The notes under the pieces: generated by a model
What the model saw: the letters and a program-made list of their open reading frames with translations, nothing else
Database searches by the model: none
What the model was told of the DNA's origin: nothing
Assembly: GCA_038087875.1 (NCBI GenBank)
Contig: JAXLNO010000499.1
Location: forward strand, 62,001-126,000
Source: Malacoraja senta
Lineage: Eukaryota
DNA: 64,000 nt
Direction of reading: 5' to 3'
In this document: positions 38,679 through 51,190 of the stretch, piece after piece
Numbering within the stretch: the stretch's first letter is position 1
How the letters are laid out: the number at the start of each line of letters is the position of its first letter
Translations under genes and position numbers: made by a program

Positions 38679-40072
38679 TGAGGAAATATTATACAATAGA
38701 ATTGCTCAGATGATAACTTTTGTGTGAGGAACTTATAATAAGTTGCAAGAGAAGGACTTGGAGCTGAGGTTTTCAGAAATATATGTTCCCACAAAGAAAG
38801 AAAGTGCAACACACATAGGAGAATAGATGGCTTATCATAACATGGAAATGTTGATCTGAATAGGCATAGCTTTGTTTGCTTTGAAGCAGCTATAACGCTG
38901 TCTGAAGTTGTATTTGGTTTAGTTTGGTGTTTAGAGTATAGGTTATTGATGGGTTTCTTCTCAGGACATGAGCATCATGTGTCCTTTCTTTATGACACAT
39001 CTTTGAGCTCGGGTGTTCCATAAAGGGGATTTATGGTTGTCTATATTGGGTCTTGGGCACCAAGGCTAGATAATAGTCTGTGATCTGGTTTGTGCTGTTT
39101 AAATGTATTTATGTTGAGATAAGGCATAGTTGACGGTTGTGTGACCTTTGTATAAGGGTGGTTTCTTATGCTTATAGAAAACTGAGAAAGTAACTCAGTT
39201 TTGATAATCTTCCATTTGCTGTGTGGAATGCTATTAGTGAGGAGGCCTTACATTCCTTTCGTCCAGAGATACAAGGGGGAGGTTGTAATTCAGAATGAAA
39301 CTAGACCCGAGCTTGGTAAGAAGCAATTATAATTTATCAAGTGTGACAATTAGTGGCCTTTGTGTGGTTGGGGATTGTAGAAATAACTTAAGTCCTTACC
39401 ATTTTGTAAGAATGGGGCAAAACTCATATTTAATCCATGTAACTGTATTTTAACTATGAAGTAGGGAAATTATTTGTGAAGTGTATTGTGTTTTAATTAG
39501 GATTGTGTGTATTAGACTTTGTTTAAATCTGAAGTTTTAGAAATAACTTTCTTTTCTAAAGTGAAAATATATGTTTTGTGTGTATGTATTGTGTGATTGC
39601 TGTATGATGTGTATTTTATATTCCGAGAGGTGGTCTCTGAGAATTAGTTTTATATTTCTGTGGTTTTACTTCATTGAAAAAAAATGATTTTGAGCAAAGA
39701 GGTTAAAGAAAACCACAGAGGGAAAAGGGTTGTAAAGAGGCCAGAAAAGGGAAAATCATGTGACTATATGTGTTGTCAATCACAGGTAAGGATTTAGTTG
39801 ATTGGTTATTGCAAATAAGCTAAATGTATGGTAAACCATAATGATTGGTTAATAGTTGCCACTCCTTCTGTACCATAATTGTCTAATACCTATATAATGT
39901 GTTACTTTTGTACCAAAGTCAGTAGTTCTTTCAACCTGCCCCAGAGTTTTTAGCTCTGTGTTGAAAGGTTTAAAGAATTATCCAGCGCTGTCAGAATAAA
40001 GAATTGATTTTAGCAGCAATGGTTTGAATCAAGTTTTCTTGAATTGGACTGACAAAAGAACTCAGTTGAACA
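38679..40072 (+). mobile_element. Probable solo LTR, 1394 bp, inserted in a CR1 fragment in ZNF131 intron 1
   Basis: TG...CA ends with 4-bp TSD ACAT (38675-38678 and 40073-40076); removing it restores CR1 'tataaaacatgagg'; inverted CCAAT boxes near 39801 and 39844, TATATAA at 39891, AATAAA at 39995. Confidence 0.72.
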
Positions 40073-42239
40073 ACATGAGGAGACGTGATAGGGTGAATGC
40101 GCAGAGTCTTTTACCCAGAGTAGGGGAATCAAGAATCAGAGGACATAGATTTAAGGTGAGAACCAAAATATTTAATAGGAATCCGAGGGTCAACCTTTTT
40201 CACTCAGAGGGTGATGAATATATGGTACAAGCTGTCAGAGGTCATCGAGGCAGGTATAATAACAACATTTAAAAGGCATTTGGACGGGTATATGGATAGG
40301 GAAGATTTAGAGGGATATGGGCCAAATGGGACTATTTGGATGGCAAGGACATGTTGGCCAGAAGGGTCTATTTCCATGTTGGACGACTCTACGACTATGA
40401 ACGTAAATATGGGAACGTCGTTGAAAGTAGATGGAAGATAAATTACTGGAATATTATCCAAGGTTTGGCATAACTCATCATTTAGAAAGGCCCAGGTTAA
40501 AATTTTAAAAAAGCGAATATGGAGTTGTTAAAGAAAGATTGTGCCTGGGTAATTTTTATGACATTTTCGAGTACGTAGGATTGGTTGGAATTCCATAAAC
40601 ACGGTCAAATGGGACTAGCTTAGATAGGGCATCTTGGTCGGCAAGGATGTGTTGGGCTGAAGGGCCTGATTCTGTGCTGTATGATGGACTCCACGAGTCT
40701 TAATTAGCACAGCCTGCAATCTAGTCACAGCTGATTGACAGTTAACTTTTCTGGACTTTATCTTGCACTAAATGTTATTCCCTTTGTCCTGTATCTGTAC
40801 AGTGTGGATGGCTTGATTGTAATTATGTATAGCTTTGTCGCTGACTGGATAGCACGCAACAGTTTTTCACTCTACCTCGGTACACGTGACAATAATAAGC
40901 TAAATTCCAGATAATGTTGATTAGATAATGTTGATGAGATCCAACTTGATCTTACATATAATCTTCATTGCTCTGAAACAATTGGAGTATGGACGAGACT
41001 TGGAAAATAGCGCCTCTTGCATGTGGGATCAGTAGACTTGTTCTGTACAATTTGCTAATCGGGGATGTGCTTATGTATGGCAATACTAGACTAGACTGAT
41101 TGCAAGAAAAACTTCTCTGTATTTTCACTTTGCACATGTGACAATGAAGCACCATTGAACCATTGTGCAAGAAGGAACTGCAGATGCAGGTTTAAACCGA
41201 AGATATAGGCATAAAAAGCTGGTGTAACTCAGCGAGTCGGACAGCATCTCTGGAAAAAAGGAATAGGTGATGTTTCAGGTCGAGGTACTTCTTCACACCC
41301 TGACTCTCAGTCCGGAGAAGAGTCTCGACCAGAATCGCCACTAATGCCTCTTCTCCACAGATGCTGCCTGACCTGCTGAGTTACTCCAGCATTTTGTGTC
41401 TACTGTTGAACCATTAGTGAGAATATCAGTGAAAGCAGAGGCCAGAGGATTGGAAGCATTTAGGCACAAAGTGTCGGGAGTAATTTGTGAGTAAAACTTA
41501 GGGTTTGTTTGACTAATTAATCTCTCTGTTATTTCTGAATTCTTGATGTTTCGGGTCAAGTCCCTTCTTCAGAAGGAATATCTGAAGAAGGGTCTCAACC
41601 CGAAACGTCACCATTCCTTCTCTCCAGAGATGCTACCTGTCCCACTGAGTTACTCCAGCATTTTGTGTCTACCTTCGATTTAAACCAGCATCTGCAATTC
41701 TTTCCTACACATTTCTGAATTCTTGAGTGAATTAACCCCCTGGTCTTCTGCCAACTCTCTCCCATCTGGTAACCACAACCTCAACTAGTGTAGTAGGAAG
41801 CAACTGCAGTCTAAAGAAGGGTCCCGCTGAGTTACTCCAGCCAGCATTTTGTGTCTAAGAAGGAACTGCAGATGCTGGAAAATCGAAGGTAGACAAAAGT
41901 GCTGGAGAAACTCAGCGGGTGCAGCACCATATCTGGAGAGAAGGAATGGGTGACGTTTCGGGTTGAGACCCTTCTTCAGATATTCCTTCTTCAGATGCTG
42001 CTGCACCCGCTGAGTTTCTCCAGCACTTTTGTCTACCAGCATTTTGTGTCTACTACCTTCGGTGTAAAGTAGCATCTGCAGTTCCTTGGTGGTGGTGGTG
42101 GAAAGAACTGCAGATGCTCGTTTAAATCGAAGGTGCTGCACAGCAAGTAAGAATTGCATTGTCCCATCTGGGACATATGACAGTAAAATACTCTTTGACA
42201 CGATGCAGGAGTAACTCAGCGGGACAGGCAGCATCTCTG

Positions 42240-42870
42240 GAGAGAGGAGGCGCGGGTGGTGACTGACGAGACCCTTCTCCAGCCTGGGCGCTGGGTTCCG
42301 GTCTGGGTGGAGGTGGAGGTGGTGGGGGGGGGGCGGCGCCACCGCCTCTCCCGCATCGGCCACCGGAAGGCCTACCCGCGGGCTTTCGCCTGCAGGTAAA
42401 ATTGAAATACCGGGGTGTTTACCACAGCCGGGGGTTGCGGTGGAGTTGGCTGCGGCGTGGCCGGGGTGTGGTGTGGCGTTGTGTTGCCGGGGGGGGGCGG
42501 GCGTTCAGCGGCGGTGAGTGGGGGGGGAGGTTTTGGGCTCCGGCGCCGAGCGGCGGCCGTTACGTCATCAAACCGCGCATTTCTCTCTCTCTTCCCCCTC
42601 TCTCGCCGCCGCCCCGCGTCTCCCGCCGTCGTTATCCTCCCTCCCCCCGGCCGCCATCGCTCGCCTGACCTGCAGTCGCCTTCCCCCCGGCCGCTCCGTC
42701 CGCGCCTCCCGTCCGCCACCCGTCCGCTCGCTCGCTGAGGGGGAGGCCTCGCTCTCCCGGCAGCCTGCGCGCCACCGCCGCCGCTGACCTCTCACCCTGG
42801 CAACCAGCGGCCTCGTTGCCCCGGGAGACGAGGCCTAGCGCTGACCGAGGCGGCTTCAAAGGCCAAGGGT
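42240..42870 (-). promoter_or_regulatory. ZNF131: CpG island, probable ZNF131 promoter and non-coding first exon
   Basis: Very GC- and CpG-rich non-repeat segment about 6.5 kb upstream of the ATG exon. CRE-like TTACGTCA near 42560, YY1-like CCGCCATC near 42651, RFX-like GTTGCC motifs near 42800-42830. Candidate minus-strand donors near 42796 (GTgaga) and 42375 (GTaggc). TSS not determinable. Confidence 0.75.
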
Positions 42871-43276
42871 TGAGTGTGATCGTTAAATCTATGAGAGACG
42901 AATAACCGAGGATGGACGCAAAAATGCTGGAGTCACTCAGCGGGACGGGCAGCGTCTGTGGAGTGAAGGAATGGGTGACGTTTCGGGTCGAGACCCTTCT
43001 TCAGTCAAACAGCAGGGAGCAATGAGAGATATACTGTGTTTAAGAAGGAACTGCAGATGCTGGAAAATCAAAGGTAGACAAAAGTGCTGGAGAAACTGAG
43101 CGGGTGAGGCAGCATCTATGGAGGAAATAGGCAACGTTTCGGGCCAAAACCCTTCTTCAGACTCAAGGGTTTCGGCCCGAAACGTTGCCTATTTCCTTCG
43201 CTCCATAGATGCTGCTGCACCCGCTGAGTTTCCCCAGCATTTTTGTCTACGAGAGATATACTGTGTTGTTATAGAG

Positions 43277-43703
43277 TAGGGTTGCCAACTTTCTCACTCC
43301 CAAATAAGAGACAAACGGTCAAAATAAGGGACAAATTCCCCACGGCAATTCGTTGAGCGACTCGGCCGTGGCTGGGTGAATGATGAGTTGGCCCCGGGTG
43401 CTGGACTGCACACAAAGCCCAGCCGGCGGGCCAGCTGAGGAGTTTTGGCCCGGTCCAGCACCCCATCGAACTCATGAACCGATGATCGGCCATGAGAAGT
43501 GTGGTGTCGGTGGTAAGCGAAGGTCGGACAGCTGGCCGGGCTTCCGACCGACCGACGGGGCCACGGGCGAGGCGCTGCTGCTGCTGCACTCCATGGGCCG
43601 ACAGTCCCCTCGACCCGAGTAGTAGCAGTCAAATACGGAACAAGGGCCAATTTAGCCAAATATACGGGATGTCCCGGCTAATAAGGGACAGTTGGCAACC
43701 CTA
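43277..43703. mobile_element. hAT-type MITE (TAGGGTTGCCAAC family), 427 bp
   Basis: Same TIRs as the 3467 and 4024 copies; partial TSD TTATAGAG/TTATAGTC. Confidence 0.87.
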
Positions 43704-44190
43704 TTATAGTCAGGCAGCAAGGACCAATAATAGATATTTTATGTGGTTATAGAGTCAGACAACAAGGAACAATAATAGATATTTTATGTTATAGTCAGAC
43801 AATAAGGAACAATGAGAGGTATACTGTGTTATAAAGTCAGATCCTCTTCCTCGTGTCCGGCCATCTTCTATATCACGTCTTCCCGGTCGGTCAGTGACGG
43901 TTGACGGTCAGTGGTTGCAGAATTGGCTACTTCAGTCAGTCACTGGTACAGTTCCTGTCATCAGCATTGCCCAGGATGCGCCACGTGGAGGCTTCTGCTT
44001 GCATCCCATAAAGTCAGATAAAAGGAGGGGGAGGGGTGGGGGGGAAGAGAGATATACTGTTGTTATTGTCAGACAACAGGGAGCAATGAGAGATAGACTG
44101 TGTTATAGATTCAGGCAACAAGGAGCAATGAGAGATATACTGTTGTTATAGAGTCAGACAACAGGGAGCTATGAGAGATATACTGTGTTA

Positions 44191-45794
44191 CAGTGCCCTC
44201 CATAATGTTTGGGACAAAGACCCGTCATTTATTTATTTGTCTCTATTCCACAATCTGAGATTTGTAATGGAAAAAATCACATGTGGCTAAAGTGCACATT
44301 GTCACATTTTAAGAAGGGCCATTTTTGGTTTCACCATGTAGAAATTACAGCAGTGTTTATACATAGTCCCCCCATTTCAGGGCACCATAATGTTTGGGAC
44401 ACAGCAATGTAATGTAAATGAAAGTAGTCATGTTTAGTATTTTATTGCTATCCTTTGCATGCAATGACTGCTTGAAGTCTGCGATTCATGGACATCACCA
44501 GTTACTGGGTGTCTTTGGTGATGCTCTGCCAGGCCTGTATTGCAGCCATCTTTAGCTTATGCTTGTTTTGGGGGCTAGTCCCCTTCAGTTTTCTCTTCTG
44601 CATATAAAAGGCATGTTCAATTGGGTTCAGATTGGGTGATTGACTTGGCCACACAAGAATTTACCTCTTTTTAGCTTTGAAAAACTCCTTTGTTGCTTTA
44701 GCAGTATGTTTGGGATCATTGTCTTGCTGTAGAAAGTATCGCCAGCCAATGAGTTTTGAGGCATTTGTTTGAACTTGAGCAGATAAGATGTATCTATACA
44801 CTTCAGAATTCATTATGCTACTACCATCAGCAGTTGTATCATCAATGAAGATAAGCAGCCATACATGCCAAGGCCATAACACCCCCACCACCGTGTTTCA
44901 CAGATGAGGTGGTATGCTTTGGATCTTGGGCAGTTCCTTCTCTCCTCCATACTTTGCTCTGGCCATCACTGTGATATAAGTTAATCTTCATCTCATCTGT
45001 CCACAAGATCTTTTTCCAGAACTGTGGTTGCTCTTTTAAGTACTTTTGGCAAACTGTAACCTGGCCATCCTATTTTTGCGGCTAGCCAATGGTTTGCATC
45101 TTGCACTGTAGCCTCTGTATTTCTGTTCATGGTCTTCTGCAGACAGTGGTCATTGACAAATCCACACCTGACTCTTGAAGAGTGTTTCTGATCTGTCGGA
45201 CAGGTGTTTGGGGATTTTTCTTTATTATAGAGAGAATTCTTCTGTCATCAGCTGTGGAGGTCTTCCTTGGCCTGCCAGTCTCCTTGCGATTAGTAAGCTC
45301 ACCAGTGCTCTCTTTCTTCTTAATGATGTTCCAAACAGTTGATTTTGGTAAGCCTAAGGTTTGGCTGATGTCTCTAACAGTTTTATTCTTGTTTCTCAGT
45401 CTCATAATGGCTTCTTTGACTTTCATTGGCACAACTTTGGTCCTCATGTTGATAAACAGCATTAAAAGTTTCCAAAGGTGATGGAAAGACTGGAGGAAAG
45501 ACTATGTGCTGAGAGCTCTCTTGAACCTGCATTAAGGAGGCGATTAAACACACCTGAGCAATCACAAACACCTTTGAAGTACTGTGTCCCAAACATTATG
45601 GTACCCTGAAATGGGGGGACTATGTATAAACACAGCTGTAATTTCTACATGGTGAAACCAAAATGTATAAAAAAAGGCCTTTAATAAAATCTGACAATGT
45701 GCACTTCAACCACAATTACAAATCTCAAATTGTGGAGTACAGAGGCTAATAAATAAATGATGGGTCTTTGTTCCAAACATTATGGAGGGCACTG
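44191..45794 (-). mobile_element. Tc1-like transposon, 1604 bp, decayed transposase
   Basis: TA|CAGTGCCCTCCATAATGTTTGG ... CCAAACATTATGGAGGGCACTG|TA; about 200-bp TIRs; minus-strand HTH with GRPRKT and LQQDNDPKHT motifs; several indels. Confidence 0.95.
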
Positions 45795-46580
45795 TATGGA
45801 GTCAGACAACAAGGAGCAATAATAGATATATTATGTTATCGTCAGACAACAGGGAGCAATGAGAGATCTTCCATGTTGGAAGGAATATCTGAATATCTCG
45901 ACCCGAAACGTCACCTATTCCTTTTCTTCAGAGATACTGCCTGTTGCTGCAGGCTTTTTATGTCTGTCAGAGATATACTGTGTTATAGAATCAGACAACA
46001 GGGAACAATGAGAGATATACTGTGTTGTTATATAGTCAGACAACAGGGAGCAATGAGAGATGTACTGTGTAGGAAGGAACTGCAGATGCTGGTTGAAACC
46101 AGATCATCTCAAAATGCTGGAGTAACTCAGCGGGTCAGGCATCATCTCTGGGGGAAAGGAATAGGTGATGTTGCTGAGTTACTCCAGCATTTTGTGTCTA
46201 TCTTTTAACCAAATGTTTTAGTTTAGAGATACAGCATGTTGATATACTGTGTTATAATGCCAGACAACAGGGGATAATGGGAGATATACTGAAAACAGAC
46301 AGAAACATCTCTTGTTTCGTCCATCACCGAGTTTGACCTCCCCATCATCGAAGGGATCTATTGAAGTCGCTGCCTCAAAAGGCAGCCAACATCATCAAAG
46401 ACCCACACCATCCTGGTCACACACTCATTTCACCGTTGCCATCAGGAAGAAGGTACAGGAGCCTGAAAACTGTAACGTCCAGGTTTAGGAACAGCTACTT
46501 CCCTACAGCCATCAGGCTATTAAACACAACAACAAATAAACTCTGAACTGCAACAGACTATTACTATTATTATTGCACTA

Positions 46581-49221
46581 TCTATATTACTAAAAGTAAG
46601 ATCTTGACCACTTCCTGTTTTTCTGTTTCATGATTTTTGAAAAAACGCCACTTTTTGTGATTTTTGGCCATCTTACTCTGTCCCCCTCCGCTGCGCAGGT
46701 CAAGAGGATTTTTCCCATCGATGAAAAATAAAAGAGTTATTAATGTTTTTAAAATGTTGACATTCTCTCTGCTGCCCCTGCTGGTGGGAGGGGGGAGGGA
46801 CTATAAAACCCGGAAGTGTTGTGCCTCACTCAGTCTCTGCAAGATGGAGGAAGCGAGAGAGTCACGTCTCTCTGAGCTGTGACTAACACTGAACACATGT
46901 CTACTCAACTGTGAGTGCCCTTAATATGGTTTGAAAATGAAAATGTGGTTGCTTTGAAATGCTGCACTGCAAATGGTTGTTGGTGGTGGTGATAACTGCT
47001 TTGAAATGCTGCACTGCAAATGGTTGTTGGTAGTGGTGGTAACTGCTTTGAAATGCTGCACTGCAAATGGTTGTTGGTGGTGGTGGTAACTACTTTGAAA
47101 TGCTGCACTGCAAATGGTTGTTGGTGGTGGTGGTAACTGCTTTGAAATGCTGCACTGCAAATGGTTGTTGGTGGTGGTAACTGCTTTGAAATGCTGCACT
47201 GCAAATGGTTGTTGTTGGTGGTGGTAACTGCAACTTCCTGTTTGCACTGTATATTGATTTTAGATAAAACGCTACCACTTACGGCTGTGATTTTTGGCCA
47301 TCTTACTCCGCTCATCAGGTGCAGAGGATTCTTCCCATCAATGAAAAATAAAAATGTTTAAAAAAATGTTGAGAATCTCTCTCCTGTCAATCATGCCATG
47401 AAAGCCACGCCCCTTCGGGTGGGAGGGGGAGGGATTATAAAACCCAGAAGTGTGGGTGTGGCTCAGTCTCTGCAAGATAGGGGAGGGAGAGGTCACGACT
47501 GTCTGCTGTGAATCAACTGAACACAGTGAATGTCTACTGGACTGTGAGTGTGGTGTTTATGTGGTGTTTTGTGTGGTTTTATGGTGGTTTTATGGTCGTT
47601 TCACCCTGCTTGAAATGGTATGAAACTGCATTTGAATGTGGTGGCCTTGCACCCTGCATGAAATGGTATGAAACTGCATTTGAATTTGGAGGCCTTGCAC
47701 CTTGCATGAAATGGTATGAATCCTCACTTGAATTTGGTAGCCTTGCACCCTGCTTGAAGTGGTATGAAACTGCACTTGAATTCGGTGGCCTTGCACCCTG
47801 CTTTTTTTTTTTTTAATTTATTAGAAGTACATTACATTACAACCACATACATTAGTACTCGTCACTTATGTCTTCTTACAATTAATGTACTCCATTTATT
47901 TTTTACACTAGAAAAGGAAAAGATTGAAAGAAAGAAGAAAGTGAAGGAAAAAGTGAGAGTGTAGAAAATGTGACAACAAAAAAGGATGAAGACCCTATAA
48001 GAACAAAATTAAAAACAAAAGAAAAAGAGTTAAGAAATAGACCCTAGAAAAGAAAGAGAAAGAGAAAGAGGAAAAAGAGAGAAACAAATATTTTTATGAG
48101 TATTACGCAAATGGGACATACCAACTCTTCAACTATCATCCCCCCTTACCTGACCTCAATTTTTTTTTTAAAGGTACCTTTGCACCCTATATTTGTAATA
48201 ATTCTATAAATGCAGACCACGTCAGGTGGAAGTGATCTGGTTTACCTGCTAGGAGGAGTCTTATCTCTTCTAGGTGTAATGTTTCGAACATATTTGAAAT
48301 CCACATGTTTATAGTTGGTATTGGAGCCTTCTTCCAAAATTTTAGAATTAGCTTTTTTCCAGTTATTAACCCATAGTCTATTAGTTTCTTTTGAAACACA
48401 TTTAGTTCTGGACCATCTTCCGTTATTCCGAAGATAATCCATTCTGCTTTGGGTATCAGTCTTATTTTAAATAACTTTGTAAAGATTTCAAAGCACCCTG
48501 CTTGAAGTGGTCGGAAACTGCACGAATTCGGTGGCATTGCTCCCTGCTTGAAGTGGTAGGAAACCACTTGAATTCGGTGGCCTTGCACCCTGCTTGAAGT
48601 GGTAGGAAACTGCACCTGAATTTGGTGGCCTTGCACCCTGCTTGAAGTGGTATGAAACTGCAATTGAATTTGGTGGCCTTGCACCCTGCTTGAAGTGGTA
48701 AGAAACTGCACTTGAATTTGGTGGCCTTGCACCCTGCTTGAAATGGTAGGAAACTGCATTTGAATTTGGTGGCCTTGCACCCTGCTTGAAGTGGTATGAA
48801 ACTGCAATTGAATTTGGTGGCCTTGTACCCTGCTTGAAGTGGTAAGAAACTGCACTTGAATTTGGTGGCCTTGCACCCTGCTTGAAATGGTAGGAAACTG
48901 CATTTGAATTTGGTGGCCCTGCACCCTGCTTGAAATGGAATTTCAAGGAATAGCCGTGAGTCAACTGCTCGCCCACCAGCCGTGAGTGAGCTGCCAACAC
49001 ATCAGGCTTGACTGACTGAGCTGTCACCCCAAGAATCCATTTGGCCCACAATGTCCATACTAGTTCCTTCAGCCCACAATACCCATATTAGTGCTCCAGA
49101 AAGCCCCCCCCCCCCCCCCCACTGGCCACCAATATTGGAATTGGTGGAGAGGTGGAATATTGCGTTGGGGGACCAGCCCTCCCGTGTGAACATAGGACCC
49201 AACGGGTCCCACTTAGTCTAG
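46581..49221 (+). mobile_element. Non-autonomous Helitron carrying minisatellites
   Basis: A|TCTATATTACTAAAA at the 5' end; GGACCC-AAC-GGGTCC hairpin then ACTTAGTCTAG|T at the 3' end; no TSD; flanks rejoin a Rex1-type 3' UTR. Internal duplication (46600-46920 vs 47235-47550), ~43-bp array at 46950-47230, 40-bp array at 47600-48935. Confidence 0.9.
47802..48492 (-). mobile_element. 5'-truncated L1 inserted in the Helitron minisatellite
   Basis: Poly-T at 47802-47814; ORF2 end (FEIFTKLFK...KKLILKFWK..PIPT) homologous to 11..634; TSD GCACCCTGC at 47793-47801 and 48493-48501. Confidence 0.9.
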
Positions 49222-50670
49222 TATTTGTTATTTATTGAGTATGTGTGCATGTGTAAACACACACTTTTTTTTCTTCTCCCGTTGTGTACTATGTTTGCAT
49301 ATTCTGTTGTGCTGCAGCAAATAAGAATTTCATCGTCCTCTGGGACATATGACAATAAACCACTCATGACTCTTGTTTGAAACAAGAAGTGCTGGAGGAT
49401 CTCAGCAGGTCAGGCGGAAACGGTGAAGGGAACGGACAGATTATTTTTGGGGTTGGCACTTTCAGACTGAGAGAAGTTTTTTGTGTCGGAAGGAATGGCA
49501 GATGCTGGTTTAAACCGCAGATAGGCACTAAAAGCTGCAGTAAATCAGCGGGTCAGAAAGCATCTCTGGAGAGAAGGAATAGGTGATGTTTTCAGTCGAG
49601 ACACTTCTTCAGAACGAGAGTCTGGGGAAAAGGAAACGAGAGATATAGACGGTGATTTCGAGATACTCAACAAATGAATGAAAGATATGCAAAAAAGTTA
49701 CGACGATAGGGGAAATACGCCATCGTTATCTGTGTGTTAGGTGAAAACAAGTACAAACAATAAGACTCAACAAGACGACAAGAGATATACTGCATTGTTA
49801 TAGAGTCAGAAAACAGAGAGCAATGAGAGATATACTGTTATAGTCAGAGAACAGAACGATTAGAGATATACTGTGTTATGGAGTCGGAGAACAGAATGAT
49901 TAGAGATATACTGTGGTATAGAGTCAGAGAACAGAACGATTAGAGATATACTGTGGTATAGAGTCAGAGAACAGAACGATTAGAGATATACTGTGGTATA
50001 GAGTCAGAGAACAGAACGATTAGAGATATACTGTGGTATAGAGTCAGAGAACAGAACGATTAGAGATATACTGTGGTATAGAGTCAGAGAACAGAACGAT
50101 TAGAGATATACTGTGGTATAGAGTCAGCCAACAGGGAGCAATGAGAGATATAATACGTGTTATACAGTCGAACAACAAGACTGGCCCTACTCCTGCATAC
50201 TAGCCATTGAGCTAGTCCTAATTGGTCCATACCCCTCCAGACCTGTCTTATCCAAGAGTCAAGAGTGTTTTATTGTCATTTGTCCCAGACCGTACAGAAA
50301 TTCTTACTTGCAGCAGCACAACAGAATATGTAATCTACCTATCCATGTACCTATCCAAATGTCTGAAGAACGGTCTTGACCCGAAAAGTCACCCATTCCT
50401 TCTCTCCTGTGCTCCTGCCTGTCCTGCTGAGTTACTACAGCATTTTGTGTCTTATCTTTCATCCAAATGTCTTTGTTGTTTTAGTTTAGAGATACAGCAT
50501 GGAAACACTCCCAAGTGAGGGCAAATGGGATTATTGCAGATAGGTATTTGATGGTTCGCGTGGGCTCAATGTGTCAAAATGATTCTATGATTGTACGGCT
50601 CATTCACCAAAGCCAGCCATCAGCCAATTTAGTTCTGTCCCTGTTTAGCTTAGTTTACAAAAGGACACAA

Positions 50671-51190
50671 AGTGCTGGAGTAACTCAGCGGGTCGGGCAG
50701 CATTTCTGGAGAACATGGATAGGTGACGTTTCACAGAGTGCTGGAGTAACTCAGCGGGTCAGGCAGCATCTGTGGAAAACATGGATAGGTGACGTTTCAC
50801 AGAGTGCTGGAGTAACTCAGCGGGTCAGGCTGCATTTCTGCAGAACATGGATAGGTGACGTTTCACAGAGTGCTGGAGTAACTCAGTGGGTCAGGCAGCA
50901 TCTCTGGAGAACATGGATAGGTGACGTTTCACAAAGTGTCAGTAACTCAGCAGGTCAGACAGCATCTGTGAAGAACATGGATAGGTGACGTTTCACAGTG
51001 CTGGAGTAACAGCAGGTCAGGCAGCATCTGTGGAGAACATGGATAGGTGACGTTTCACAGAATGCTGGAGTAACTCAGCAGGTCAGGCAGCATTTCTGCA
51101 GAACATGGATAGGTGACGTTTCACAGAGTGCTGGAGTATCTCAGCGGGTCAGGCAGCATCTCTGGAGACCATGGATTGGTGATGTTTCGG
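50671..51190 (-). repeat. 66-bp tandem repeat (about 8 copies) derived from a Penelope tail
   Basis: Unit AGTGCTGGAGTAACTCAGCGGGTCAGGCAGCATCTCTGGAGAACATGGATAGGTGACGTTTCACAG. Confidence 0.92.

Larger units (their letters stand above)
43005..50165. repeat. Interrupted ~40-45-bp minisatellite field (AGAGATATACTGTGTTATAGAGTCAGACAACAGGGAGCAATG); homogeneous 40-bp run at 49840-50130
   Basis: The unit recurs at 43005-43040, 43250, 43705-44190, 45795-46290 and 49780-50165, separated by transposon insertions. Confidence 0.8.

Noticed and set aside
42372..42859. Several overlapping ORFs in the CpG island
   Set aside because: Low stop-codon frequency in GC-rich DNA; no recognisable protein.
48187..49051. 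245-aa and 187-aa repetitive ORFs, one fused to an L1 ORF2 end
   Set aside because: Chance read-through of a 40-bp minisatellite into a truncated L1.
49840..51190. Regularly spaced repeats resembling CRISPR arrays
   Set aside because: Head-to-tail units without unique spacers, eukaryotic context, no cas genes.
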